Below, one piece after another: positions 24,792 through 39,690 of a stretch of DNA of 64,000 nt. The translations under genes were made by a program, and so were the position numbers. The notes beneath the pieces were generated by a model that worked only from the letters and a program-made list of their open reading frames with translations, searched no databases and was not told the DNA's origin. The first letter of the stretch is position 1; each line of letters opens with the position of its first letter. This DNA comes from Adineta vaga (lineage: Eukaryota; Animalia; Rotifera): the NCBI GenBank assembly GCA_021613535.1, contig CP075497.1, positions 10,168,001-10,232,000 of the forward strand, read 5' to 3'.

Positions 24792-25425
24792 ATGGAATTG
24801 ATTATTACTTAATATCCAAGTCCATTTTTTCTCATGTATAAACATAATGAAAAAAACTTCATCTCTTTTTCTTTTTTGAAATTTGTCACTCGTTTCGAAA
24901 TATGATCACCTTTAGCAAAGCCTTCTTTTTTTCTGTTTAAGAATATTCTTTTAAGTCTACCTGTTTGTGTTTTCTTTTTTTCCTCCTTTTCTTTCTTTTT
25001 ATTCAATTTCATATTCTATGCGAGATTTAATCTATTAATATGATCTAGCAAAAGAAATCAACAACAACAAATAATATCTAACCAAATGATTCGAATTTAA
25101 AATTAATTAATCTCGCTCTCGTTCTTTCTAACTTAGATTAATCTTTTGCATTCTACTTTGATCAACAATTCTACTATCCACAAATCATATACATTAATTG
25201 AATTGTACGCAAGACACAATAAACAAGTTTTCTTCTTTCAAACAATCATAAAATATGACCTTTTTTCGATAATTATCGATATGTATATACTCGTATACCA
25301 TCGATAAAAATAACCGACTGCTTGCCGACATTCTTTTTCATTCCGCAGAACCAGTAATCATTGGCAGAAAAAGCTGTCTGACTTATCTTTGTCTATTTAC
25401 ATGAATAAGACGGATAATGGCAAAT

Positions 25426-25452
25426 AACAACAACAACAACAACAACAACAAC
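25426..25452 (+). repeat. (AAC)n microsatellite
   Basis: About 9 perfect AAC units. Confidence 0.9.
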
Positions 25453-25645
25453 AGCTTTACATTATTGTTTTTTCTTAATATCTATCCAATCAAGAGTGTT
25501 TTTATCATAGACGAAAAAGATTGCTATACATAATACTACCAAATGAATAGAAAAACAACAACAGCAACAATGAGAAAGAAAAAGATAACTAAGATATGAA
25601 AAAATGACTTAAATAAAAGAATTGTAAACAAATGTTGACATTTTC

Positions 25646-26860
25646 TTAGTAAAAAAAGTAATCAGTTGTTGGAATATAATTTCGTGGAGGAGATCTATAG
25701 GAATTTTTGCAAATATGTTCATCTTGTGGAATGTTATTCATGTGAAACTGATGATATGGTTGAGATGACAGATCATATGAAGATTCTTGATATCGATTAT
25801 TTGCTAATGAATTTACTCGAGGGAGAAAATGGAAATCATTGAAGTTTCTTGGCTGAAATGTATCTTGATGGAAGCATGATTCTTCAAATTGTGGTCGAAA
25901 CGGTTCGTTCTAAAGATATACAATGAATAGATAGTATGTTTATTCGTAATGAAATCATTAAGATTACGAAATGATTGGATGGTGGACTATGAAACACTGG
26001 TTGGATTGACATTAATGGTACAGGTTGTGGTGCGAAATTATTCTCCTAGAATAGATTTCAATATTACTATAGAAGAATGTTTTTATACATACGTTCACGA
26101 TCATTTCATGTAGAGTTTGTTTAAAGAAATGAATAACGTTTGAATTTTGTGGTGATTGTTGATGAAATTCATTAGGAAACTAAAAACGAAGAGATTGCTT
26201 TTTTCTGTAAAGAATTTTCTTTTTCTTAAAGATAAAATTTACATTGTAATTGTGTGATTCGAAGAATTTTTCATTACATCGTTTTGCTCGACGTCGATTC
26301 TTGCGTTTGGTTTTGATTATTGATGTTTGTTCAGATTGTTTCTTTTCTGACATTTTATTCATAATTGATAAAGATGATGATGATGATGATGATGATACTT
26401 GAGAATGAGACATTATCGATTGGTATGATGGTAATAATGAAGAAGGTCGAATCACTGGTGTAAATCCATTGGCAAGGACTGGATCACGTTTAGGTCGAAG
26501 AAATGTTGTTTCGCCATTTCGACGGATAATCATTTCATGATTTACAAACCGACCTTCATTTGAAATCTTTGTAGGAATATCTACATATTGTCGAGTGGTA
26601 TTTTGTAATGGATTAGTTGAATGATTTGTTAATAGTTGTGGTAATGGATAATCAAAAAATTTGATATAATTTGTCGTTTTTTCGAGCGAATTTTCATTGA
26701 GCATCTGTGGAGGTAAATTTTTCTAAATCAAAATAAGAAAAATTTGAAGACATCTATTGAAAATAAGTTTTAGTTTTACAATAGTTGCATGATGATTATG
26801 ATTAAGTCTTTTAACTTTATGTAAATGTGAACGATGATTTCCGTGATTAATATATGGCAT
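25646..26860 (-). CDS. Uncharacterised low-complexity protein with a basic (NLS-like) patch
   Basis: ATG at 26860 (MPYINHGNHRSH); about 5 GT-AG-bounded exons including KTKRKNRRRAKR; the last exon ends PTTDYFFY*. Confidence 0.55.
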
Positions 26861-27135
26861 TATTTATTGAAGTTCTAAAGTAATCATAGAGTGTATGTGC
26901 GATGATTTCGATCTATCTTTATCATTCTTGTATTTTGAATAAAGAAAATATAAGACGAAATAGAGAGGATCTTTAATAGTCAATCAACGGGCGCCATCTT
27001 CATATAGATATAGTTATTAAATTGAGAAAAGCGCGTTTCATAACAATTGACAAGTGAATATCATCTCTTTCTGAATAGTTTTTTTTCTGGATTTTTTAAA
27101 TGATTATAAACAATAAACAGTAATTGAAAAGTATC

Positions 27136-29526
27136 ATGGAATCGGATGATGAATACATAAAGACCTACGAAGATATTATTTCAAAACACTCAATTCGAAG
27201 GCTAAAACTAAATGAGTAAAAATACAATTGTTTGATGGAAAATAAACTTTGATTAAAATTTCCTTTTATCTTATAGTTTAGATAATAACAATGATTGTTT
27301 AACCGAAGCTTTTATTACTATTTATAAGAATTCTATGTGGTGTTTAGAATCGATCTATAAACTTATATTTAAATCTTTCTGGCAAGTTTTATTACTATCG
27401 ACAGAAGACATATGGTATGATTCAATGGATAAAACAAGGATAAATCACATGAATTTTATGTCTGTGAATAATTCAGCAGGCAAAAGTTACCATAATCATC
27501 GATTACCACGAAGTAATTCTCATCATTCACGGTAGATTTCAATAATTCGTTCGATAAATAACATCATCTATTGTATAAAAACAACACATATTTTAGCGAG
27601 AAATCGAATCTACTTTTCAATAAAACTCGTGTGACTGTTCGTTCAATGTCAAATTTTAATTTAAATCGAACACCATCTGATCAGAAATCTTCATCAAAAA
27701 CTTTAGGAACAATTAATTCACATATTACTGTTGCACCTGTAGATTCATCACATTGTCAGAATTTATCGTCAATGGATAACCTTCCACCTACTTCGAATGA
27801 CTTACAAGAATTAGAAAAGATCAATTCACGTGAACAATTAGCTGATGCACTTTGTCGTCGTTCTTATCAACCATTAATGTTTACGAATCGAGGAATGTGT
27901 TGTGGACATTGTCGACCAATGTATTTTCCTACTGTACCATTATTTTCACAATCAAGTCTTCATGTTCCAACAATAATCCCACAACATCAACAACAAATAG
28001 ATCGTCAAGAAAAAGGATCACCTGAAAAAATACCAAAATTAAGTGATGCAAGTGAAACTCAATCTACTCCTTATTCAAGTATATCTTTCATTTTTAAATT
28101 GGCTTGTTATCTCTGTTCTGTTTAGTATCTCCTAGTATTCAATCTCATCGAACAAATTCACGAGAAGAAGATGAACCATTAATAACTGGTACTGGATTTG
28201 ACAATGAAACGAATGAACAAAATCTATCAATATTTTCATTTCCCGATCATGATACACCTCTAACTCAACAATCAGACGACTTAATTAATGATGAAGGTCA
28301 ATTAATATTGGATGCTCAAGTACTTGTCAATGATTCAATACAAAATGCACAAGAAAAATATCAAAATGTAAAATCAAATTTTATCATTAAGTTCACTGTT
28401 CAACTATGATTTTAGATTTTACGAATGAGTATTGATCGAGATTTACCAAATCTAACATCGTAAGTTTCTCTTTCTTTTCTTGGTTGATCAACAAAATTCC
28501 AATTTCCGATATTACCAACAGAAATAGTATTAAAGAAACAATCAGAACCCAATCTCAGTCTGTAACTTTCACAGATGAACCTATGAACGGGAAAGTCTCA
28601 GATACGAATACTTTATGTCAACAACTTTGTAATAAACTCAATTTATCAAACGACAATCAAATAACAGAAATTCTTCATTTGCTTGCTTCAAAAGCACCAC
28701 ATATTCTGAAAGAACAACCAATACAACACACCACTACAAATCTCAATCAAGGTCATTTCGATATATAATATAATTGTTTAAAAAAAAACTTAGTTTCCTT
28801 TTCTAGAAAAAGAAAACACTTGTAGTGGCCAATTACTTCTTCATCCACCCTTCAAACCAAAACGACTGATTCATCTGTGTCCAGATGGAAGTATTCAAGT
28901 TCTGTCTGCGATTGATGATAAGATTTCTCATGATCATCATCAACAGTATCATCTAAACTATTCAAATTCAGCTATAACCCCACAAAATCATATTCTCACA
29001 AGTATGTTTCTCGTTTCATAACCTTTAACAAACCTAATATATTTTTCAAATCTAGATGAATCAATACCAACACAACAAACTAAATTGAAAAATTCAATAT
29101 TATCTCTTCAAAAGAAAAGAACCCTTTTCAAATATGATAATTCCATAGAACATTCGCTAACATCAAAAAATATGGATAATCATTTACAAACCGGTTTTGA
29201 AGAAAATGATCCTATTGTTAAAATCGATCTACAACTAAATGATAATATATCAGAAATCAACAGTGAAAATGAGGAAAATTCACTTCCAGAAATCTTTTTC
29301 AAACGTATTATTGCACCTGAAAGTAATCTTTATCTATATAAGACAAATTAATGTCATGGAGTTTTCTTTCTTCTTCGCCATAGGATCGATTATACCTTCG
29401 ACTGAAAGTCCAGAAAAAGAATTCAAATATGCTAAAGCGGTTCACTTACCTCACAAAACCAGTCGTTCTCGAGCTTCAAGACAAAAGAATGTGATTAACA
29501 TAGAACAACAATCAGAAAGCAAATAA
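27136..29526 (+). CDS. Uncharacterised multi-exon, mostly disordered protein
   Basis: ATG at 27136 (MESDDEYIKTYEDII); ~10 open exons separated by 45-65 nt GT-AG introns; stop at 29524-29526. Confidence 0.6.
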
Positions 29527-30062
29527 AATTAAAAATCGACTTTGAAAATTTTCTTGTTATTGATAAATAAACAATAGATAACACTTACTGTCAATATCGT
29601 ATCCTGACTGTATGCTCAATTCATTTGAATGATCAAGAACAGGAAAGCGATCGATTGTTTATATAGGAATAAACAAATGACAAAGATGTTAATCGTTATC
29701 AACACTTTATCGATTTGATTCTATATGAAGAAGAAAAATAGATAAAACGTTTCTTTATATAAAGTCGTTAGTTGAGATCATCAACCGTGTGATATAAATA
29801 AGATATAGTCTATGTTTACCTTGCGGACTTGAAACAAACTACTCATTATTATCTATAGAAAATAGATCACATTAAGAAATTCAAAATTTACTAAATGTTT
29901 CTAATGAGACATACTCAAATATCAAAAGAAAGATAGTATGAAAATTCTTGTGAATATATAACTGATATGTTATCTTTCAAAATTTTATTGAATAGAATAG
30001 CATCAGGGAAATAAATAATTTAAAAAAAAATAGATTGTTTGATAAGAAAAATTTCATTATCA

Positions 30063-33000
30063 TTAAATGGCATTCATTTGTTTACCAAATGACAAAAAGA
30101 TTTGTTCAAGTGTTGTTTGTGATATTGTATAAGTTTCAAGATTTAAGTGTTGTTTATTTTGTTCAAGTAATTCAAAGAGATCAGCTGGTGTGCCTTGTCT
30201 TGCTTGAAATGTAACAGTTGAATGTGTTTTTTCCATCATTTGTATACAAAATTCTGTCTTGGACAATAAAAATGCTTGGACATTTTCAATTGCTTGACCT
30301 TGAACATCACCAGAATTAGATCGAACTTTAATTGAAATTGTATAACCTGCACCAAATTTCGATTTCAAATGTTGAATCGTACCTAAACATGCTAATTGAC
30401 CATGATACATGATACCAAGACGATTACAGACACGTTCACTAAATAGAATTGAAATTAATTGATAAATCCAAACTAAATATTCTATCTTACCATTCATCCA
30501 TAGAATGACTTGTCAAAATTATTGTTAATTTTGCTTTGACAGCATTTAAAAAGATTTCTTGCATCTGTTGACGAGCATTTGGATCGACACCTGTTGTTGG
30601 CTCATCAAGAATAGCAACCAAAGGTGGTCCTAAAGAAAAGAAAAAACAGATTCAATCAGTAAATAATCGAATCTTTGTCTACCAATCAATGCAAGTGCAG
30701 CATGTAATCTTCGTTTTGTTCCTCCACTTAGTTGATGAATATAATTATTAAGAAATGGATCAAGTAAAAATAATGAACTAATCGTTTGAACCATAGAATG
30801 AATTCGTGAAAAAGGTACAGCACGAATTCGTGCCAATAGATATAAACCATCTCGAACTGTTAAGAAATCCATTTGACAATCTTGTTGTGGACAATAACCA
30901 AGACGACGTAATGATCGAAGACGACGACTAACATTTTGTCCATCGATATAAGCAGTTCCATGTGTGGCAGTTTCATCACCAACAAGAATTCGAAATGTTG
31001 TTGTTTTTCCAGCACCCTATCACACAAGAAAATGAAAGAATAGTTAGGTGAATGTCTATTTAGTCGTACATTATAACCAAGTAAACCAAATGCTTCACCA
31101 CGTTTTGCACCAAACGTTAAATGATTTACAGCAAACATATTCGCTCGTGGAAATCGTTTTACTAAATCATGAACGACGAGATGATCTGTTTCTTGTTCTA
31201 TTGCTGGAGCAGCAGTTGTGTTTACATGATTCTGCATCAATGCTGATTGATTTAAGCTTAAAACACGTTGCCGTTCTACATTAACATCACTATCAAGTAC
31301 ATTGTCATTAAAAGGTAGTGAATGTGTTAAACATGGTAATGAAAATGATAGTTTGATGAAACCACAATCAATTGCAATTAATACTATCAATGGAATAATT
31401 ATATGTAGAACAAGAATAATCCAGTTTATTTCCATGGTATTATCTCCAACACGTGTAAAAATGGAAATCTGACCAGCCATTCTCTGACAAAAAAGACTCT
31501 TTCCTGCTAAAATATGTGTTACTATCGCTTGTGCATTTACACTTGGAGAAATTATATTTAATATCCAATATAGTAAATTTTGAGCGAATGGCTGCTTAAC
31601 CAATGCTAATATTAAAGATGCAATAGTGCTAATCAAATGAAGTATAACCAATAAAAACATTACTGCTAATCCACACTAAATGAGAAAAACAATAGTGGAA
31701 GGAACGACTTCATTAAAAACTTTACATACGAGAATATCATTTCGGAAGATTTTTGTTATCAAATATGCAAAGGGTAATGTCGATAAAGTAATGATAATAG
31801 TCAAAGGATAAAATTGTACCCGTAAATCCCATGCACTTGCAAATTCAATTGGAATCGTTGTTGGTGCTGTTGATTGATGATTTGGTGAACCATTAAAAGC
31901 AACATCACATAAGCAATAGATAGCAAGTAAATAAGAAAACCAAAAAACGGAACTAATCGTATCAAATATATAATTGAAAAGCCAATAGAATGCTGGACTA
32001 AAATTATAGATTCACATATATTATTTGATTTTCATTTATATTTGCATAACTCTCTGTACAAATTATAATAAACAAACTTACTGTAAACCACTGATATTTA
32101 ACAATGATAAGAAGTTATCTCCACGTTCACTAGCTAAAAATACAGTTGTATATAAAAATATCACATAGTAAACGAATCTAAATAGAGAGTAAAAGATTAT
32201 TCATAATATTATTATTTAATGTAAAAGACAACATACACATCTAGTATCAATCCGAATGGTAAAATCTTGATAAAACATGAAACAATATTCAGTAAATTGA
32301 GAGCACCACTAATAGTTGGTTCGATTGTGAAATTTCCAGTTTTTCGATAAATAAGTGTTGATTGAATTGATGCACTAGTATCGTTTAATATATATTTATA
32401 GAATAAATTCGATGCAACTGAAACAACTTCATAACCGGATATTAAATTCGATGATAATGTTTGTATTTTATATGTATTTCCTTGTGGTGCAGGAATATGA
32501 AAACCAAGATATATATCTGTATAAGTATAAGGACGATCTACTCGTTTTTCTACAAGAGAATATTAAATGATATAAATTTATCTATAATCTAGATGAAAAC
32601 TTACGCCAGATATATTTATTCATATCAAAAATATCTTCTGTGCGTTTTTCAAGCTTAAGATTACTTGATTTCGCTCCTACAGCTGCTTGAAAATAATTTT
32701 CAAAAGCTGGATTTGCTGTATATAGAATTGTTTGAGGATTCAGTAATGTTGCTTGCATTTTGAAAGTATCACCACTACTCTGTGTTGGTGTAATGATATT
32801 TGATAATATATTGTAGACAATTGGTATTAATAAAACAACAAGAGTCAATCCCCATCGACGATAACGAACGACAAGTGTTTTCATTAATAAACCATACAAT
32901 TGACTTAAATAATAATTCCAACCAGTGAGAAAATATCGATGATCAAAAACTTCACGGCATTGTTCATCTAAGAAAGAAAAAAATGTTACAAGAATAAAAC

Positions 33001-36000
33001 TCTCCAATACAAAATGAATCTGTTTTGTCGCGCAGACTATCTTATCCAATTAACTTGATACATACCTATACGATCCATGGTAACAGATGTTGTACTAGAG
33101 TCATTTTCATCTTTGGTGTCTTTTGTAATTTTTAGAAATACATCATCCATAGTACTATTTTGAACACCATAACTTTTGATCAAATTCTTAGATTTCATTA
33201 TGTCAAGTTGACGTAATCCTTGCACAAATTGTTCATTTGGTTGTTGATTTGTACGAAAAACAACATCACCACCAGGTATATCAGCTTCAACTGTTATTTG
33301 AGGTAAATAAGCACGTAATTCATTTGTAATTGTATTTGTATCATGATTCGATTGTTTGTTAACAATCAATTTATAACCTAAAAGTTCGAAATTGATTCAA
33401 ATAAACATATTCGAAATAGTTGTAATCATACCTGAACCATGTTCTTCTTTCAATTTTGCTGATGTTCCATCTGCTTTAATGATTCCATTAGCAATAATCA
33501 TAATTCGATCAGATAAAGCATCACTTTCTTCCATAAAATGTGTTGTCAATAGCAGTGTTTTACCTTCTTTCATTGTACGTAACCAATCCCATAATAAACG
33601 ACGATTCGATGGATCAAGTCCACTTGATGGCTACAAAAAAGGTAAAGATGTTCTTTGTCTTTCTGTATGAAACAATAACTAAATATAATGCTTACTTCAT
33701 CCAGTAAGATGATTTTTGTATCACCAACAAAAGCACAAGCTAATGAAAGACGTCTTTTCATTCCACCTGATAAAGAATTACAATACTTATCGTATGAAGT
33801 CTCGAGATCAACTAATCGTAGCATTTCACTGGAAATTTGTCGTTTATTTTTTCCAAATCCTCTCGCAGTTGCATAGAATTGTATTTGTTCTTCGATTGTC
33901 AATAGATCAAAGAGAATATCATGTTGTGGACAATATCCAATAGATTTTCTTAACATATCAATATTATTTCTGGTATCATAATCCATTCCATTTGTACTTT
34001 CCATTGTAATTGTACCTGATGTTTGTTTATAAATGCCGATAAGACAGTTGAAGATCGTTGTTTTTCCTGATCCATTTGGTCCAAGTAATGAAGTAATTTG
34101 ATTTTCATATAGATCAAATGAAACATCGTTGACAGCGATTTTATCAGGACCAAATTTTTTGACAAGATGATCAACGTGAACAACAGGTGTACCAACTGAA
34201 TTTGTTCGTGTAAGTGCTCCATCAGGTCTTATTAATGTCGATGCACGATTATCATAAGAATAAACTTGATTTTTCACAAGTGGTTTGCGCCAATATTCTC
34301 GTTTGAAGAAAAAATTCCATTCCATTGGAATACCATATTCACCTAAAATTGATAATCAAATGAAATATATGTATATACAAATCATTGGATTGATTTACCA
34401 GGAAATACTTTTTCATAGTACCATGACAATGCCCAGTAAAACAAAGTACTAAAAATCATTACCAAGATCGTTGAAAAATACACAGGGACATGACGATAAA
34501 CAGTTTGAAAAATTGCAACATCTTTTATAGCTAAATCATACAAAACGGCTTGCTAAATATAAGAATAATATGATTAACAAATTGAAGTTTGCGAGAAGTC
34601 AAAAAAATATTTACTTGAAAAAGTGAACGTACACCAAAGTACGGACAAATAAATATCAGAATATATTGGATTCCAACTGGCCATGCTAATATCCATGTAT
34701 AGACATAATTTGAAATGAAACAAATTGCAAGAGTGAATACAACTGCTTTAATATTCGTATTGAATATTTGTGCATTCATTATACAGAATGCAATCAATTG
34801 AAAACCATACATGAGAAAACCAAAGAAGAGTACAGCAAAATTAACTGTATTGAAATATGCATTGTCTTGGAATTTTATCTTACATACAATACATAAAAGT
34901 ACAATGAAAACGATAAGAATAACTAGAGTTCTAAAAATAAGAATAAATATATCAATTTCTCATAGAATCTTTTTTAGTATTTACCGAATAGCTTGGGCAA
35001 TATTATTAAGAATAGGTTCGATACCAAGAACTTTTAGAATTTCTTTAATTTTTGCATTTTTTTCACGAACTAAACTGACTAAAAGAACTAAATATCTAAA
35101 TAATTACAACATATATATATAAAAATAATTTTTCTTCAAATTAGTTTTTCTTACGGAACAAGAAATATTCCATCAATGAATGATAAAATTGTACTAACAA
35201 AATTCGCATCAGCAGCTACAAATACAAATCAATACACTATTCTACAATCTTAAGTAATATCTTACTATAAAGATAATCTTTACGATAGGGTGTACAAGTC
35301 ATAAGATTACGTTCCAGTTCATATTGAATCGAACGAGTGCTTTGATATTCCATCAATAAAGAATCAACAAATATTTTCACATCAGTGAATTCCGGTAGTT
35401 CAGATCCATCTTTAGCATCAAGATCTGTTGCATTTGTTCGATCAGATATATATCCTATAGAACTCAAATATTGTTTAAAAGAGAAACAAACCTAATGATT
35501 GTTGTTTTATATACCTGGATGTTTAAAAACTAAAAATGACATATCAACAGGAGTGTTTTTTAAAATGGAATTTGGTGTTCGAACAATAATATTATCTAAT
35601 GAAAAAATATGACGATGAAATTAAATCTCTTCAAAAGATATTATATTTACAAGCAATTTTGCGTCCTTGTTTAAGATCAGATGTTGCACTAAAATCAATG
35701 ATCACTGTATTCACTGTTGTATTTTGTAATAAAAGATTATCTTCTGTATCATCCGGATCTTTACTCCTGAAATATACAACAATCTAATGCTAATAATATT
35801 CGATAGTCATGCACATACCAAGCCTTTACTCTTTGATTACATTTCATGTCGACAAGACGTATTTGAGCACGTTGCACAAATTCTTTAATATCAGCTCTAT
35901 CTGGTTGAAACAGTATACTGGTTTGATTAGATACATTGATTCGTTCAATCGAATCCCAACGGCGGCCTCCATAACTTGGTGGAAATTTAAAACAATTTGC

Positions 36001-36324
36001 AAAGATATCATTCGATGAAATTGGTAATTCTGTTAAATTTTGCGAACAAGGATGACGCTTAAGCGTGCCAGGTAAAGATCCATCACTGGTTGTTGTTGCA
36101 TCATTCAATTTATTGATTCCATATCGCATTAAAATCAATATGATAATAAGGATTATAGGAAATATTAGTTCACAAAGAATTGTTGGACACACTCTACAAC
36201 ATCGTTGACGGTAGGAATAACGAATCGAACGTTGAAGTAATAAATTCAATTTCTTTGCGGAACTCACTGGTTCATATTCAGTTTTTATTAAAGGTTGCTG
36301 AAGAGTATCACGTTGTGCCGCCAT
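30063..36324 (-). CDS. ABC transporter subfamily A (full transporter, two TMD-NBD halves)
   Basis: NBD1: LLGPNGSGKT, GYCPQHDIL, LSGGMKRRLS, IILLDEP. NBD2: GLLGYNGAGKT, LSGGTKRRL, LDEPTTGVDP. C-terminal YTISQTTLEQIF; N-terminal TM ELIFPIILIIIL. Confidence 0.95.
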
Positions 36325-36676
36325 TCGGCTATGTATGATATTTCAATAGTAATACAACTTATCGATGCCAGATATATAAAAATGTTTTGTTGTTCTCTCT
36401 CTCGAAATCTGGACTTACTACACTTTTTTATTTTTAGGTTAAAGAATAGTTGTGGATATATTTGTCTTATTGAAAGAGAAATAAAAAGAAAAGATTAGAT
36501 AAAAAATGACATCAGTTCTTTTCAATTAGGTTTGTTTAGTGACGCCCTCTTCTTTGCTTTAATTTTCATTTGATACATTATCATTGTCGTTAGTCATCGA
36601 TCAAATAGTTGTTTTTTTCTGTCTTAACTTAAGTATACAACATTTTGATAAAAAAAACTCGACCTAATCTAATTCT

Positions 36677-39199
36677 ATGTCACTAATTCCAAAGTCCTGG
36701 TATTGGAAACATTTAAAACTAACAATAACATGTTTTCTATGTGCTTTAGCAACAGTATTTTTCTTTTTATTTAACTTTTATCTTGCATTGACCTTGACAT
36801 CTCTCTGGTCAATATTTATTATCAAAAATGCTTATTTTTGTCCGATTAATATTACAATACTCTATGGAAGGTAGTGAATACATTTTTATACGAATTACTT
36901 AATCCATCTAATGTTTTAATTAGATTCTTTTTCGAATTTTTATTGGAAAAACCTACGCTTCTTTCTCAACTCCGACCATTGTATGTACATTGATACTTAT
37001 GATTTCAAAAAAAGATAAAATCTGATTTTTTTTCAGTGGTTTAGACTTGTTCAATACTCAATTAGATGATTTTTCTATCTCTTATAAAGAATATGAAAAA
37101 AGGAAATTTCAGACACAAATTCGTTATCTTCAATCATTTCAAAATAGCAAAATGTCTTCGACTGACAAACAATCTTATGAAGTCATGGAATATTTTATGA
37201 ATTTACATTTAAAACAACAACATAGTAATGAATTTGGTTACCATAATTATTTAATTAATCAAATGATGGGTGCACAATCAGAAATCATATCATTTATTAC
37301 TAAATTTCATCGTATATTAAATCTCAATGATGCAGAAGCGTATCTTATTCGGGTAAGAAACAATTTAGAGTTATCTAGACGTATCGAGACATTGAGCGTT
37401 GAGTATGCAGATTAAATCTAGAGATAAAGTTTATATCTTTCTGTAGATGAGAAGTATTATTGTACTCATTTGATTATAGATACAACGAATATCAAATGCA
37501 TTTGATCAACTTATTGAACAACAAATAGAACGACGTCATCGAAATATTGAAACACCTCGGTTTGTTCTTCAACGAGTTATTACAGAACTTGAAACATTTC
37601 AACAAAAATTAAGAAATGAACCAAATCAATGGTAATAGAACGAATCTATTTCTTGAATACAAATTCCATTTCATTGCTTTCGTTTTTAGTCCTTTAGTTA
37701 CTACTTTCATTGAGAAAATGAACGACAAAATATATTCCGTAAGATATCGATCGTTCAACTAAGTCATTTAGTATATTCCATTTATAGAAAGATAAACAAA
37801 TAGAATTACTCAATAGTTTGTTAACAATTCTTAAAACTCATGTTAGTCCAGCATATGATCGTTTATTAAACATTCTTCATGAAGATCTTTCCAATGCTAA
37901 AACCGATCATGGTGTCTGGAAATTACCAAATGGTGATCAATATTATAAATTATGTTTAGAATATCATACAACAACTAATATGACTGCAGTTGAAATTCAT
38001 GAACTTGGAAAGAAATATTTAGAAAAAATTCAAAATGAAATGAGACAGTAAGAGAAATTGAATGAAATATGGAAAGATTATCTGCTTTTTATGTAGAATT
38101 TTCAAAGAGAAACAAATGGAAAGTTGGCAAGATTTTCGCGCTAGTATGAAACAATTGGAAGAGAAGAGTGATCAAAAATATGAAAATATTGAAGAAAATC
38201 GAGCGAAAATTCTTAGTGATTATAGTGAAATTATCGAAAATATTGATAATGAAATGCATAAATACTTTTCATCGGCATGTCGACCAGCAGCAAAATGTGT
38301 GATCGAACGTATACCTCAGTTTAAAGAAGCAACATCACCACTTGCGTATTATTTTCCCGCAGCATTAGATGGAAAAACCCCTGGAACATTTTTTGTCAAT
38401 CTTCGTAATATTGACGAAATTGTTAAATTTAAAATGGGGACATTAGCTTATCATGAAGCTGTTCCTGGTCATCATTTTCAAGTAAGATTGATATAGATAA
38501 GAAGAATTTGAAGTTTATTAAATTCATTTTTGTCAGTTAAGCGTTGCTCAATCATTGAAACATCTGCCATTCTTTCGTCGATTAATTCCATTTACTGCTT
38601 ATCTAGAAGGATGGGCTTTATATACCGAACAATTAGCAGCAGAAAAAGGCTTTCATGAATCATGGTATAGTTATCTTGGATATCTTGATCATCAACTTAT
38701 GCGATCGTGTCGGTAGGATTGATCAAATATACATTTGATTTCGAATCATTTCTTTTTTTCTCGTATGTTAAGATTAGTTGTTGATACTGGTATTCATTGG
38801 AAACGATGGTCACGAGAAGAAGCCATCGAATATATGGTAAAGAATTGTTTTAGGAAATGATTATTGTGCCTTTTATGTTTGAATTCTATAGGTAGAAAAT
38901 ACGTGTTTACAGAGAGAAGAAGTAGTGACTGAAATTGAACGATATTTTGTTATGCCTGGCCAAGCTTGTGCATATATGATTGGTTGTCAAAAAATTTTAT
39001 CATTACGAGAAAAAGCACAATTAGCTTTGGGTGATAAATTTGATTTGAAAGATTTTCATGATGGTAGAAAATAATTGATGAAATTTTCTTAAATAGATTT
39101 TGTTTCATTTTAGCGGTGTTACTGAGTGGTTCATTACCGTTGGATATCTTGGTAAAGATAATCGATGATTATATTCAAACCAAGAAAGCAACTATGTGA
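36677..39199 (+). CDS. DUF885-family protein (bacterial-type, putative metallopeptidase-like) with N-terminal TM segments and ~10 introns
   Basis: Motifs [86 protein letters not shown] and FDLKDFHD reconstruct across GT-AG introns. Confidence 0.9.
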
Positions 39200-39690
39200 T
39201 AGACATTAACTTCAATTTTGAATAAAGACTTTTTTTCATCATAAATAACTTGGTTTTAATATTAAAGTTTTTATCAGATGACTTATAAGAAGAATTACAG
39301 AACAGAAAAGTAATGATTGTTAACAGTAAATATCAGATTAAATTCATCAATCTATTAGCAAAAAACTACTTTCATTTTTTTACGATATTGATAGTGCTAT
39401 TTTTTGTATCCATGGATTTGTTCAAAAAAACAGTATGAAGTTGACTTAATTCCTCATTGTCCTCTCTTGAAACTACTCAGTTTTCTTCTTTTACATGTAT
39501 TTTCAAGTGAAAATTCTTCTTCTTTCATCGTCTTATGTTTTACATTTCTTTTCGTTCTTTTCTTCTTCTTCTTCTTCTTCTTCTCCTTTTTTTCAAAGCA
39601 AAAGCAAACAATAAGCTACCAAGACTGGATTTTATTCTCCTTCATTTTCTTTGTCACACATATTGTTAAAAGTAACAGACATACTCATTC

